Under the pieces are notes generated by a model. The model saw only the letters and a program-made list of their open reading frames with translations. It searched no databases and was not told the DNA's origin. Shown piece after piece: positions 47,819 to 58,200 of a DNA stretch of 64,000 nt (its first letter is position 1; every line of letters starts with the position of its first letter). Source of the DNA: Candidatus Obscuribacterales bacterium (GTDB taxonomy: Bacteria; Cyanobacteriota; Vampirovibrionia; Obscuribacterales; Obscuribacteraceae); assembly GCA_965228855.1 (NCBI GenBank), contig CBDDIJ010000003.1, positions 288,001 through 352,000 on the forward strand, in the 5' to 3' direction. The position numbers and the translations under genes are program-made.

Positions 47819-48745
47819 CTACTTTGGTGCATTCGGTTTTTTTGCCGCCTGAATCTCCTCAGGCGTCACAGTAGGAAACTTGAAAAATTTTGATTGCGCA
47901 TGCAACGCCCGCGGTAAATCAGAGAATTGTAGCTGTTGCGCGCGAAGTTCGATCGGCGGATCTGGCGGCGGCGGAATGTCTTCCTCCTGCGTTTTGCTTC
48001 GATAATATTGCACGTATAGATTCGAACCAAGTGCTCTGAGCGGTGGCGCGGAGCTGTTTGTTTTTCGTCCAAGTCGTTCGATCAATGCATTTGCAGTATC
48101 CTGGACAGTCTGGGCGAGGTGCTGTCCATGCGCCTTTGCGCGAGTCGATTCAATCGACGTATCGTAAATCAAACCTGAATTTTGAATAAAATCTCGGTCG
48201 CTGACTTCAGTTCCGTCGCGGCTGTTCATCAGCTCTGCCGGTGTATAAAAATAACCATGCCGACGACTGACATTCCGGCGATTTTTCGCATATGCGTTCT
48301 GTTCGCGAATTTTGCGCGCTTGCAAATCCAGTGATTGGCGCTGAATCAAAAGACCGCTGCTGATCACGTCCTCCGGCGTGTCGACGGCTCGGTGCTCATT
48401 GCCTTCCAACCGCCCGGCGACATCCATCGAAAACTGCTTCGCCCGCTTGCCGTCCGCGGAGAACGGATTTATAGAGTAACAGGCGCGATAAGTCATCTGC
48501 GCATCCTCTGGCTCTTTCAAAAATTCAAGCGTCTTCCCAAGAAACAGATAGGCTGCTTGGTTACCTGGATTTTGCTGAACCGCTGTCATGAACTGCTGTT
48601 TCGCCGCGTGATAGCGCTTCAGTTTAAACTCTTCGCGCCCAAGTTCAAACGCGCTCACTGCCACCGCCCGCGGCGCACATCCGAGCAGGCACGCACAGGC
48701 GGCGCCAATGGACAGCGCCGACTTGAGCTCATGACTGCGAATCAT
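47819..48745 (-). CDS. Exported TPR-containing hypothetical protein
   Basis: Signal peptide; AFELGREEF..KRY..A..QF..AVQQNPGNQAAYLFLG TPRs. Confidence 0.78.
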   Translation of the reverse strand: MIRSHELKSALSIGAACACLLGCAPRAVAVSAFELGREEFKLKRYHAAKQQFMTAVQQNPGNQAAYLFLGKTLEFLKEPEDAQMTYRACYSINPFSADGKRAKQFSMDVAGRLEGNEHRAVDTPEDVISSGLLIQRQSLDLQARKIREQNAYAKNRRNVSRRHGYFYTPAELMNSRDGTEVSDRDFIQNSGLIYDTSIESTRAKAHGQHLAQTVQDTANALIERLGRKTNSSAPPLRALGSNLYVQYYRSKTQEEDIPPPPDPPIELRAQQLQFSDLPRALHAQSKFFKFPTVTPEEIQAAKKPNAPK

Positions 48746-48804
48746 CGTGTCACCATAGACGCGTGAAGTTTCTACCCTAGAATGTTCCCCGATTTAAGCA
48801 TAAA

Positions 48805-49446
48805 ATGACACGCGAAATCAGCCAGACCGTACGTAGGGTTATCACTGTGGGCGCTCCGAATCTCATTCTTGAAACAAATCGATTACGACTGCGACGCTGG
48901 AAGGCATCGGACTTGCAGCCCTTCGCCGCGCTCAACTCCGACCCGATCGTGATGAAACATTTCCCGGCCCCTCTCAGTCTGGATCAAACCAAAAGCTTTA
49001 TTGGAGCGGTAGAAGCTCATTTTGAATTTGAGAAGTTTGGTTTGTGGGCAACCGAATTGAAGGACGGGGGCGACTTCATAGGGTTTGTCGGTCTGAGCAT
49101 TCCGAGATTTTCGGCGCCGTTTATGCCTTGCGTCGAAATCGGTTGGCGTTTGGCTCATAAATATTGGGGGCAAGGATACGCTCCGGAAGCGGCGAAAGAG
49201 GTTTTGCGCGATGGGTTTGAGCGTGTAAAACTTCTGGAGATTGTTTCTTTCACGGCGACTTCGAACGTCAACTCGATGCGCGTGATGGAAAAGATTGGAA
49301 TGAAACACAATCCGGCAGAGGATTTTGACCATCCGAATGTCGTAGATGGGCATCATCTAAAACGTCACGTGCTTTACAGGCTTACCGTTGACGAGTGGAA
49401 ACGCGGCATCGGTTGTGATCGAGATGTGAGTGAGACATTGATTTAA
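48805..49446 (+). CDS. GNAT acetyltransferase (RimJ/RimL family)
   Basis: ETNRLRLRRW, FIGFVGL, VEIGWRL...WGQGYAPEAA, N..SMRVMEKIGM. Confidence 0.95.
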   Translation: MTREISQTVRRVITVGAPNLILETNRLRLRRWKASDLQPFAALNSDPIVMKHFPAPLSLDQTKSFIGAVEAHFEFEKFGLWATELKDGGDFIGFVGLSIPRFSAPFMPCVEIGWRLAHKYWGQGYAPEAAKEVLRDGFERVKLLEIVSFTATSNVNSMRVMEKIGMKHNPAEDFDHPNVVDGHHLKRHVLYRLTVDEWKRGIGCDRDVSETLI

Positions 49447-49615
49447 TCTGATGCTCAACGACTGAAAACGGTTTTCTTCGTGGAACAAGATCTGCAAGAC
49501 CTCGTCTTGCAGCTTATTGCAGAACGCTGACCGACGTGTTTTTGCTGAATCTTTCAATAGATTTGCAAGCGCTCGTTTCGGGTATAGGTAACCCAGGGAT
49601 AAGTAGGAGCTGAGT

Positions 49616-50395
49616 ATGAACAGCCCATTTGGAAACCGCCAAAACGCTAACAATGGCAACAATAACCGCGGCCGGGAAGGAAGATTTTCCGAGACGGTCA
49701 TCATGGACAATAAATTTCACCAGTCGCTCAGTAATGTGCGAAATCGCGACGTTGAGCAGAATCATCCGGACATCGAGTTGATGCGGCGCGAGCAGATGCA
49801 GCAGTCCAATCGCCATCTAGCGACGCTTTATCGCCTGCCGGCGCTGAAGGATCCTGGCGTTCCAGCCGCTCAGGCGCGCGATCCCGAGCAGACTATCGCT
49901 GTGCGAGTGCAGTCGCCGGTCGTCAATTTTCACGAGTGCATGCAGCGGCTCGAAAGAGAAACCAAACGCGCCAATAAATTCGGTCGTCCGTTTTCTCTCG
50001 CTATAATCGGCTTCGGCGACATTCAGAACGTGCCGAATACCTTTGGCGTGGAGGCGTATGAACTCGCGCTGCAACAGATTGAGGCTGTTCTTTGCAATGT
50101 TGTTGATACGGACATCGATACAGTCGGCAAGTACAGCAACGACCGCTTCATGGTGTTGCTGCCCGAGTGCACCGGTCCGAGTTCGACGATGTTCGCGGAA
50201 ACGACGCGCCAGTATTTTGAAACTGTGCCGATAAAGTTTGGAGGACATGCCTTCTTCCTTCGCGCATCGATTGGCATTGCTTGCTTCCCTAACCACGGTC
50301 ACGAGTGGAAGGAAATTCTCGCGAGAGCCGATCTGGCGTGCGAAAGCATTCTCGGGCGCGGCGGCAATGCCTTCGGTTTTGCGTCGACGATGTAG
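49616..50395 (+). CDS. Degenerate GGDEF-domain protein
   Basis: GGDEF fold pattern (LERETKRA...PFSLAII; ASIGIACFP; LARADLA) but signature reads KYSNDRF. Confidence 0.85.
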   Translation: MNSPFGNRQNANNGNNNRGREGRFSETVIMDNKFHQSLSNVRNRDVEQNHPDIELMRREQMQQSNRHLATLYRLPALKDPGVPAAQARDPEQTIAVRVQSPVVNFHECMQRLERETKRANKFGRPFSLAIIGFGDIQNVPNTFGVEAYELALQQIEAVLCNVVDTDIDTVGKYSNDRFMVLLPECTGPSSTMFAETTRQYFETVPIKFGGHAFFLRASIGIACFPNHGHEWKEILARADLACESILGRGGNAFGFASTM

Positions 50396-50470
50396 CGCGA
50401 AAGTGAGTCTTTAAATTTGATCTGTTACCAGGTGCTCTCTTTAAGGGCATTTATCTAGTAGGCAGATTGA

Positions 50471-51019
50471 GTGGACTTTGCTTTGATAAAACGGCTAACA
50501 GTCTCGCAGCGTAGGGCGCCTCGGAAGAGGCGGCCGGGTCGCGACGCGCGCGGGATGTACATCGTCGAGGCGCTGGTCGCGATGGTGATATCCACAATAC
50601 TCTCGTTCGCTCTTTTGGATATGGCCATGAGTGCCATGAGAACAATGCAGCGCGCCAATTCGGATGGCCAGGCTTATGAAGTTATTGAGGAATTGACTGA
50701 GTTTACCAGAGCTTACGGTTATGAAAGGCTGGTCGATTATAAAGATCAAACTATGACCTTGGTGCTCAACAGATCGGAAGGAACGCAATTTGAAAACACT
50801 TCATTTCATAATAGGGCACTTCTACTTGATTTTGTTCGGCGGCAGTGGCAATCGAGGACTTCTTCAAGTAAGTTTGAAGGAACTTTGACCTATTACGTAT
50901 TCAATGGACCCGAACCTGATTCGTTGAACGTCGCCATAGATTTGCTCTGGCATGACAGTGCTAGTTCCGAACGCGCCTTGGGGCGTGTAATTGTTGTTCA
51001 AGATGTCCCGTCAGGTTGA
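50471..51019 (+). CDS. Type IV minor pilin/pseudopilin (PilV-like)
   Basis: Basic leader then G|MYIVEALVAMVI class III signal with E at +5. Confidence 0.8.
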   Translation: MDFALIKRLTVSQRRAPRKRRPGRDARGMYIVEALVAMVISTILSFALLDMAMSAMRTMQRANSDGQAYEVIEELTEFTRAYGYERLVDYKDQTMTLVLNRSEGTQFENTSFHNRALLLDFVRRQWQSRTSSSKFEGTLTYYVFNGPEPDSLNVAIDLLWHDSASSERALGRVIVVQDVPSG

Positions 51020-51022
51020 GTT

Positions 51023-51886
51023 ATGCGAAGACGATGCATACGCAAAACCGCAGAGCGGAAATCAGACGGTCTATCGCTGACTGAATTGTTGGTCGGGTCT
51101 ATCCTAATGGCCGTCTCCATTGCTGCTGTTGCGGAGATAATGTCTTTGTGTGTTCTAGCCAATACTAAGCTTTTTCGCCAGTTTGACGCGCAAGCGGGTG
51201 CAAACTTCGCGTTGGATCGCATCAAGGGTAGCATCCGAATGTCGAGCGAAGTTCTGCCTTATTCTGATCTTTTTGGGTCTGTAAAAGTCTTAAGTCCACA
51301 GACACTGATATTGTCACAACCTGTGCACTTCTTGGCTAAGAACAACGACCCCTCTGACGCGCTAAATTATGACCCAGGCGCCGAGCAAAACCTGAAAAAT
51401 GGTCTGACAATCCCTGGAGCAAGTTACACGGTCGTTTATGAGGTTGTGCCCGACGATGATGCGCCCGGAGAGTTCAAAATGCTATGCACAACAAGAGGCC
51501 CCCAAGCTGTTTTTGATGAAACATCAGCTTTGCGTCTTCCAATAGAAAAACAAACTATGTGTCGAGGCATTATTGGCCCACTCGAGCCAGGGGCAGCTCA
51601 GGGCTCCCTGCCAAAGGTTTTCAGCTTTATTGCACGAAATCCTCTCCGAATGCAGCGTCTCGATTTGATAAAGGAATCTACCCTCTATGACTTTGGGGTT
51701 TCTCGCGGGATCAACTTGATTGGTATTGACTTAGAGATTAGAAAGGGAGCCGATTTCACTGCTGCCTCTACCAGTGGTGGCGCAGTAGAAGTTGGGGACA
51801 AGGTTATTGGAGTACATACCGAGGCGTTTTTGAGGTTGCCAACCTACACTCAGGGTAAACCTGAGGAGGCTATATATGAACCCTAA
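51023..51886 (+). CDS. Type IV minor pilin (PilW-like)
   Basis: G|LSLTELLVGSILMAV class III signal. Confidence 0.82.
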   Translation: MRRRCIRKTAERKSDGLSLTELLVGSILMAVSIAAVAEIMSLCVLANTKLFRQFDAQAGANFALDRIKGSIRMSSEVLPYSDLFGSVKVLSPQTLILSQPVHFLAKNNDPSDALNYDPGAEQNLKNGLTIPGASYTVVYEVVPDDDAPGEFKMLCTTRGPQAVFDETSALRLPIEKQTMCRGIIGPLEPGAAQGSLPKVFSFIARNPLRMQRLDLIKESTLYDFGVSRGINLIGIDLEIRKGADFTAASTSGGAVEVGDKVIGVHTEAFLRLPTYTQGKPEEAIYEP

Positions 51887-53576
51887 GAAGTTTCAGCGCC
51901 GGATAAAACGAACGCGCAATCGAGGTTGGGCGTTGGTAGCTGTAATAACACTTTCTCTCTTCGCGAGTATGTTTCTGTTTAGTATCGCGGGATTATCGAC
52001 TACGCTGCTTCGTTCTGAAGGTGTTTCGAGGCAACGAAATTACGCACTAGCTGCAGCCGAAGCTGGACTTGATTTTGCTCTCTGTGACCTTACTAAGCTG
52101 TTGAAAGGTGAAATTTCAGAATTGGCTCAGATCGAAGGCACTCCTTACGAAGTGCCAACGCGATACTTACCTCAGCTAGGAAATCGTTGTCGTGTAATGA
52201 TTCGAGTTAGAAGACTGACTGATGCTGAGTACACCTGGGTTAACACCTATAGATCTCAGGCGATTCCTGCGATAGTTAATCCGCTAAACAAAAGTCCTGT
52301 TGATACCTGGCGTTATGGCATGGATTGGACGCAGTTCGCACTTCCGAATGACGAGCCCTGCTGGAGTGTGGAGGTGACATCATATTGCGGTATTTTCGCC
52401 ACAAGCATTCGAAGTATTTTGGTTCCTGCGAGTGGGGCACCAAGTTCGAGTTCTACGACTACCAATCCATATGATCGATTCTTTCCCGAGGCGATAGTGG
52501 CAAACGGCGATGTGCAAATTGGGACCGCAGACCAGCCGTTTAAGCTGAAGTCCATCACCGATCCACAAGTTAAACTTGGAGAGAGTGAGAGCTCTTACAA
52601 AAGCGTAGTTCAAACAAACGGAAGAATTTCGGTTGAACAGGGTGGCGAGGTGTTTGGTGATTTGCGTGTCTCGAACCCCGACGGCGCAGACCCAACGTCG
52701 ACAAAATTGGCGCTTGGTGATCGCGATTCGACAATAATACACGGACGAGTGGAAACAAATGGTTTTTCTGATACAAGTATCAATCCGTTTTCAGGTCTTC
52801 AGCCAACCGAGCCAGGAGCGGAGTTAAAAACGGACACGGGAAACATCTACGCTGATGCTGATATTGCGTCTCTCGGCGAACGTACCGGTATTAATCAGAC
52901 GCCAAGCTCGACGAGTCCCATCATCAATCCGGAGTCACCAAATGCGATATCACTTCCTCCTAATACGGCTCCATTGCCACCGTTTCCGGCTGCCTTGCCG
53001 TACTTTGTTGATAATCCGTCATACCTCCCGGACGGAACCGTGCCTGTTGATACCTCATATCGGACACCTTCTTTAGATTCGAGCGAGGCGCAAGGTCCGC
53101 TAGTTTTTAATAAAGGTGGTGCTAACAGCCTCCCAACGCAGGTCTTTGTTGTTCCAGATCCAGCTTCCACGGGAGCTGAATCTACCATAAATCTGAAAAG
53201 TCAGTTCTTTGTAAATGAAGGGCAAGCTGCTGACCTGCAGATATTCTATAGCGGCTCCAATGATGTCACACTTCAAATTGACGGCTCCGAGTCGAGTCCA
53301 GGGAAGCTAAGTCTAGTAATATATGCGCCTTTCGCTAAGGTTACGACTACCGGGATTGGTGATTTCTCTGGAGCGATATTTGGCAAGCAAGTTTCCCTAA
53401 CACATCGAGGGGATATTCTGATCGATACGAATGCCCTTAATATTAAAGCAAATAATTCCAATGCTGGTTCAGGCGGCGCTGGTTCCGAAGACAGTACCTC
53501 AAGGGCGTCAAACCACTATCGAATTTCGACTTGGGAGCAGGTGTCAGGCAGGTTGGTACCTCTTGCTGGTGGCTAG
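51876..53576 (+). CDS. PilX/GspK-like large minor pilin with beta-rich C-terminal domain
   Basis: RG|WALVAVITL without E5; ALAAAEAGL motif; IYAPFAKV...FSGAIFGK; ends with ..STWEQ. Confidence 0.8.
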   Translation: MNPKKFQRRIKRTRNRGWALVAVITLSLFASMFLFSIAGLSTTLLRSEGVSRQRNYALAAAEAGLDFALCDLTKLLKGEISELAQIEGTPYEVPTRYLPQLGNRCRVMIRVRRLTDAEYTWVNTYRSQAIPAIVNPLNKSPVDTWRYGMDWTQFALPNDEPCWSVEVTSYCGIFATSIRSILVPASGAPSSSSTTTNPYDRFFPEAIVANGDVQIGTADQPFKLKSITDPQVKLGESESSYKSVVQTNGRISVEQGGEVFGDLRVSNPDGADPTSTKLALGDRDSTIIHGRVETNGFSDTSINPFSGLQPTEPGAELKTDTGNIYADADIASLGERTGINQTPSSTSPIINPESPNAISLPPNTAPLPPFPAALPYFVDNPSYLPDGTVPVDTSYRTPSLDSSEAQGPLVFNKGGANSLPTQVFVVPDPASTGAESTINLKSQFFVNEGQAADLQIFYSGSNDVTLQIDGSESSPGKLSLVIYAPFAKVTTTGIGDFSGAIFGKQVSLTHRGDILIDTNALNIKANNSNAGSGGAGSEDSTSRASNHYRISTWEQVSGRLVPLAGG

Positions 53577-54490
53577 GTGATAGTAATATCGCGAAGCCTG
53601 CGAGCAAATTCCTCTGCGCTCATATTTAATGCACCTGCATATTCCGTATTTGTTTCAGTAACCCGTTGACTATGGTTCTCGGAGTTCTCAATTAAGTGAT
53701 ATTGAATCAGCTTGAAAGCCTCTAGATCTCTATTTTGGGACATCAGAAACCGCGCATACTCAATCCGCGTGATACCAAATGGAGTATCATCGCCGGTCAT
53801 GCATTTACTAGTTTCCAAAGCGAGTTTGTATTCGATTTCTGCTGATTCTGCGTCACCAAGTTTTTCATAGCAGTGAGCGAGGTTCAGGTGCGCTATGTAT
53901 TCGAGATCGTTTTTTTCTTCGCTCGCGACGTTTTGCCAGTGGCGGATTGCGTCCTCGTAAAGTCCAGCTTCCATCAGCCGTTCCTTCGGTACGTCAGCTA
54001 GTCGTATGACAGTCACGCGCGAGAGATAATCATCCTCGGCGTCGAATTCCAGCGTGAAAAAGTAATCGTTGATTGTGTAGGTATCGAAGATTTCTATAGG
54101 CTCTACCTTCTGCAATTCCCACTTGCGCAGTTCGTCCTTGGAGTCGGTTTCGGGAGCGGGTTTGTGTTTCCCTCGCTCTCTTGTGGAAACAGGTTTGCCA
54201 ATTTCTCGATGAACATCATCGCGCGAAATTCCCAACTCGACGTCCTTCAGAACCTCCTCTTCAAAGCTCTCGAAGTTTTGGCGCTCGTAGAAGAAGTTTA
54301 CTTCGGTGTACGTTCCGTCGTTCTCACTTATGCTGAATCCGTTCGATTCAAAACCGTGCTCGACCAGGGCGATACCGCATGTGGTGTCTTTCGGTTCTGC
54401 GCCGATCAGTTTCACAAGTTTGAACCATTCGGGCGAATATGTTTTGGTCCCGAGTACATCGAGGATGGTTTGAACTTTTGATGTAATCAT
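53573..54490 (-). CDS. Acidic hypothetical protein with C-terminal TPR
   Basis: LGISRDDVHREIGKP motif; AHLNLAHCYEKLGDAESAEIEYKLAL TPR. Confidence 0.7.
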   Translation of the reverse strand: MITSKVQTILDVLGTKTYSPEWFKLVKLIGAEPKDTTCGIALVEHGFESNGFSISENDGTYTEVNFFYERQNFESFEEEVLKDVELGISRDDVHREIGKPVSTRERGKHKPAPETDSKDELRKWELQKVEPIEIFDTYTINDYFFTLEFDAEDDYLSRVTVIRLADVPKERLMEAGLYEDAIRHWQNVASEEKNDLEYIAHLNLAHCYEKLGDAESAEIEYKLALETSKCMTGDDTPFGITRIEYARFLMSQNRDLEAFKLIQYHLIENSENHSQRVTETNTEYAGALNMSAEEFARRLRDITIT

Positions 54491-54570
54491 GAGCTGACTG
54501 TTCCTTTATTGCGTTCCGCGCTCGCGTAAGAGAACCGCGAGTACCGGACGCTCTTGTTTCATCAGCTATT

Positions 54571-55074
54571 TTAACGACTTCGACCCGTGATTAACTCTCC
54601 AAGCCCGACAAACGTAAAAATAAAACCAGCTAAAGAACCTAAAAAGTAAAAGATGGTCGCCAATGTAAAACCGCTTTGAATATGGGACACACTCGGATGG
54701 TGCTTTTGGAAACGAACGTCTACGGGGTCGCCGGGCTTGAGAAACCACCCATGAAAGTCGAATGTCTCTTTTCCTGTGAGTGTCTCGTTGTCTACTGTGT
54801 ATATGTAAACGACGTTACGCTTAAGCTTACTGCCCGAGCGTACCTCGCTGACTTTACCGTGCGTAAAACCCATTTGAGACTCCCACGGAAGGCTGTACAA
54901 CGTGGAATAGCAAAGCACTCCGTAAACGATAAAGACGCCTAAACCGCCTAACACAGCAGCAAAGGGGTGGCTTTTGTAGGGCCTTTCATGCGGAAGAGTG
55001 TAGACCGGGTTTCGGGGGGCGTAAGTGCTAGTAACGCGTTGATTTTTCATAATAACGGCTCGCTCGTGAAGCAA
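54571..55074 (-). CDS. DUF3592-like two-TM membrane protein
   Basis: TM, W...THGKV, YIYTVD, GDPVDVRF..HPSVS, TM. Confidence 0.7.
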   Translation of the reverse strand: MLHERAVIMKNQRVTSTYAPRNPVYTLPHERPYKSHPFAAVLGGLGVFIVYGVLCYSTLYSLPWESQMGFTHGKVSEVRSGSKLKRNVVYIYTVDNETLTGKETFDFHGWFLKPGDPVDVRFQKHHPSVSHIQSGFTLATIFYFLGSLAGFIFTFVGLGELITGRSR

Positions 55075-55211
55075 TCCCAGCCACCACTATGAATTAAAAA
55101 GTTCCAAATCCAGCAAATATTCGCTTTTCTTTTGGTTTTCAAGAAGGGGGCGTTCCGTTAAATACGAATTCCAGACTTCCTGCGTCTCAGGTGCGTTCGG
55201 ATCCCCGTGTG

Positions 55212-55245
55212 AAAGAGGTTAGCCCTTGTTTGGACTAACCTCTTT
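55212..55245 (-). terminator. Terminator downstream of the giant exoprotein gene
   Basis: AAAGAGGTTAG...CTAACCTCTTT inverted repeat. Confidence 0.75.
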
Positions 55246-55269
55246 GGCTTTAAGTTATCGCCGACAGCG

Positions 55270-58200
55270 CTATCTGCTCGCCGTCACACGCGGATTGAAG
55301 TGTTGAACATAATCGCCGCGATCCGGGCAGAGCGTCATGATGACTGATGAGGTCTTCATGATCTGCTTAGCGAGTCTCTTTGACGCTGCATCATTCGATT
55401 TCATCAATTGATTAAGCGATTTCACTGCGTAGCATGCTGATGGAATCGCGAATTCCGAAGTGTATACTCGCAATCCGTTTTCCATTTGCGACTGTTGGAG
55501 TGCTCTATGTTGGATCAACTCGATCGGGTTTACATCGGCATAAACGCCTCGTTGTTGCGTGCTGATGTGCGCGTGTCTACCCGGCGGTAGGCTGATGGCT
55601 CTCCCGTTGATATTGATTACAACTGAGTTTTTATGGTTGTCGTGCAAGTTGTAAACGGCCAGACCATTGTTCGATTTTGCAACCAGCGCGACTGCGCCGG
55701 CTGCTAGTTTCACAGAGCCTTGTGCTGTTTCTACAATCATATCGCGCTTCGGTGCGAAGATCGCTTTGCCGTTATCCAAACGATGTGCCGACTCATCCGT
55801 CGCGTGGTGCATTGCGGCATCAACAATCAGATTGTCTGAGGTTGAACCGCCAGGTGCCGTGTCACTTTCGGTGGTGCCATGCTCGAACGACACCAGATTC
55901 AGTGATTCACTACCGATGGTGGCGCCTGTTAGCATACCGTTTCCACTTTGAGCACCTGCAGTTCCGTTTTCGCCGAACAAAATCAGGCTAATCGGTTGAG
56001 CTGCGCTCGAAACTGTCAGCGCGTTGGCATTGTTTATAATCGCCAAGTTCAGGGACACGTCCTGATTGATCGGAATGTTTACTCCCGGTTGCGCGGGCGC
56101 TATAGCATCAGTTTGGGCACTGAATTGAGAAACCGCTGATGTCACATCGCCGAGCATCGAAACGACAGGCATTGTCGACGGCGCATGGGAAGTAGTTGCG
56201 GTTGGTGGATCGGCTCTAACAACGGAGTTTGTCCCAAGGATAATCTTGTTCATGCCGCTGGACAGATTGTTGAAGATCACATCCTTGTTGACCACTTCTA
56301 CAGTTGCCGGACCGGAAGCTACAACTCCGTTGTTCGGTCCAAAATAAGCACGTCCGCGTGTACCGTCAGGATCGACGCTGACGCCTGCGGGTGCAGTATT
56401 CGGTGGTGTAGGATTGGTGCCTTTCTTCGGAGGCGCACCGATAGAAATAATGATGTCGTCCCCTTTCTTGCCGGACGTTTCTACTCTGGTGTTGTCCGTG
56501 ATAAGGACTTCGCCGCTTGCCACGTTGAGATTGGAAGCAACTATGCCGCCATTGACTGCATGGATGTTTCCAGTGAACGTAAGTGAGGCACCATTAGCGG
56601 TGAACTCCAGGTCTCCATCATTCGTCGTGGTATCGAACACACTCAAACTGCCTGCTGTGACTAGCGACATATCACCACCGGCAACCGCGCTTTCAATCGT
56701 TAGAAGGTTTGTGTTGATGTTATTCAAGTTGATTGAACTGCCGCTGTTCAAGGTCAGTGAGGTTGTATCTATGTTGAGAGGCTTCTTACCGATTGAGCCG
56801 GACTCCGAAGTAAGAGTCAAAGAGTCTGCTGTGATGACGACATTCTTGCCGACTTTGAACGTGCCTTTTCCGTTGGCGTGAAGTTCCAAAGCCGGAGAGT
56901 CAACCGCTTGTTGCGTCGCTACCTCGACTCCGCCGCCGAGATTTGTTATGGCGATACGTCCGCCGGCCCCCTGTGCAGACAGCGTTCCTTGAACGCCGTT
57001 CTTCGGTGCCTTCTTTCCGTTGTTGAGAACAAAGTCTTTCTTATTATCGGAGATGAGTGTTATGGTACCGCCAATGCCACCACCGACACTGCTGGCATCC
57101 AGGCTTCCTGCGATAATCAGATAGCCTTGTTTGCCATCGAGATTTCCCGCCTCAAGCGTGTAATTTGCACCCGCAGCGAGCGTCGAGGAGTTCGTGTGAG
57201 CATCGATGAGAGAAGTGTCGTTGACTGTGATGTTGCCGCCAGTCCTTACTGTGATAGAACCAGCATCGCCACCGAGAATTCCGCTAGTCGCTGAAATGCG
57301 CAGGAAGTCTGCCGGCGGCTTAGGCGTTTTCTTGATTATGCCGAAGAAGGTTGGAGTGGCGTCTTCTGTGACATATTCCACGGTACCGCCGCCGCCCAGA
57401 CCGAGACCATTTGCTGACAATTGAAGCGGACTTGTGGGTGAACTCGTGAAATCAATTAACTGAGTATTGATTTTGATTTCCCCGCCGAAGAAGTTATCGC
57501 CGGGAATTCCTTTTGCATTCGCTTCAGCGAGGAAACTCGGATCGTTTAGGGTTAATGTACCTGTTCCGTCTGCCGCAGCAGTGAGAAGCAGTCTTGCTCC
57601 GTCTCCTCGAGTGTGAGCGATATTCAGACCTCCGGTTCCGATTGTCAGATCACCAGTAGATTTTATATCGATCAGCGCACCGTCACCGGAACCAGTTGCA
57701 GACACCGTGATATCGCCACCGGTGGCGACTGTGAGGTCTGAGCGTGTTTCGTAAATAAAGCTGCCAGCATCACCTGTGGTTCCATTTACATTGAAAGTAA
57801 AGGTGCCGGTCGGATTTACGATGTCTGCCGTAATGATCTCGATGCTTCCGCCATTTCCTGAACCGTCTACTGAAGTCGACAAATTGTTGATTGTATCGAA
57901 GGTAATTGCCTGGATAGTAGATGAATTCAGAAAGATCGTGTGAGCACTCACGTTTCCTGCGATCCTGATGCCACCCGCGGTGCCAATTGCGATTGCGCCA
58001 TTATTGGTCAGGATGCTGCCGTTTACGTTGACTGCATTCTGCTGCGGAATGGCTCCTGGGAATGCAATGCCACCGCTGAGGATGCCTGCTTGAACCTGTA
58101 TCGGACCAGGTGTTTCCAGAAGCTGAACATCTGCAACTTGAAGGTTGACATCGCCGCCGGTCAAACCACCGGTAGTGGTGATGTTTCCAGTTGATATTCC

